Assembly (NCBI GenBank): GCA_964244895.1
Contig: CAXTKV010000120.1
Span: 1 to 16,108, forward strand
DNA: 16,108 bases
Direction of reading: 5' to 3'
Source: an uncultured Deinococcales bacterium
GTDB lineage: Bacteria; Deinococcota; Deinococci; Deinococcales; JAAFIG01
This document shows, in pieces, positions 16,014-16,108 of the stretch; positions within the stretch are counted from its first letter, which is position 1, and every line of letters begins with the position of its first letter. Both the position numbers and the translations under genes were made by a program. Under the pieces are notes generated by a model, which was not told where the DNA came from, did no database searches, and saw only the letters and a list, made by a program, of their open reading frames with translations.

Positions 16014-16068
16014 CTCGAGCAACACCGTCCTAGACGCATTTTTTTTATTTGCGTGCTAGACAGTGTTC
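16014..16068. repeat. REP-like doublet (ACACCGTCC family)
   Basis: CTCGAGC-AACACCGTCCTAGACGCA-(T-rich loop)-TGCGTGCTAGACAGTGTTC. Confidence 0.8.
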
Positions 16069-16108
16069 TGATCTCAAGGCCAGCACCCACCGTCGGAGCT
16101 CGGGGGTC

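Overview
GC-rich bacterial chromosomal window, most likely Deinococcota (inferred from Thermus-like BCKDH proteins and repeated leaderless TANNNT-N5/6-ATG promoters). Genes in order: branched-chain 2-oxoacid dehydrogenase E1 beta (partial) and alpha (-); a nucleoside/sugar CUT2-type ABC transporter ATPase plus two permeases, with no binding protein (+); three tandem membrane-bound GGDEF paralogs (-); fabD, an acidic hypothetical gene and fabG (+); two DUF3592-like membrane paralogs (+); and phoB-phoR-phoU (-). The non-coding architecture is more unusual than the genes. (1) CTCGAG occurs about 69 times (by-eye count; roughly 12x base-composition expectation), resembling a highly iterated palindrome. 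(2) A REP/REPIN-like family (consensus GAACACCGTCCAGCACGCA) occupies eight intergenic spacers, and two further repeat types are present. (3) Three, possibly four, repeat-filled spacers inside operons are each spanned by a 47-63 codon 'bridge' ORF that overlaps the upstream stop and the downstream start, suggesting a translational-coupling relay across repeat insertions. No tool was run; counts and alignments are by eye.
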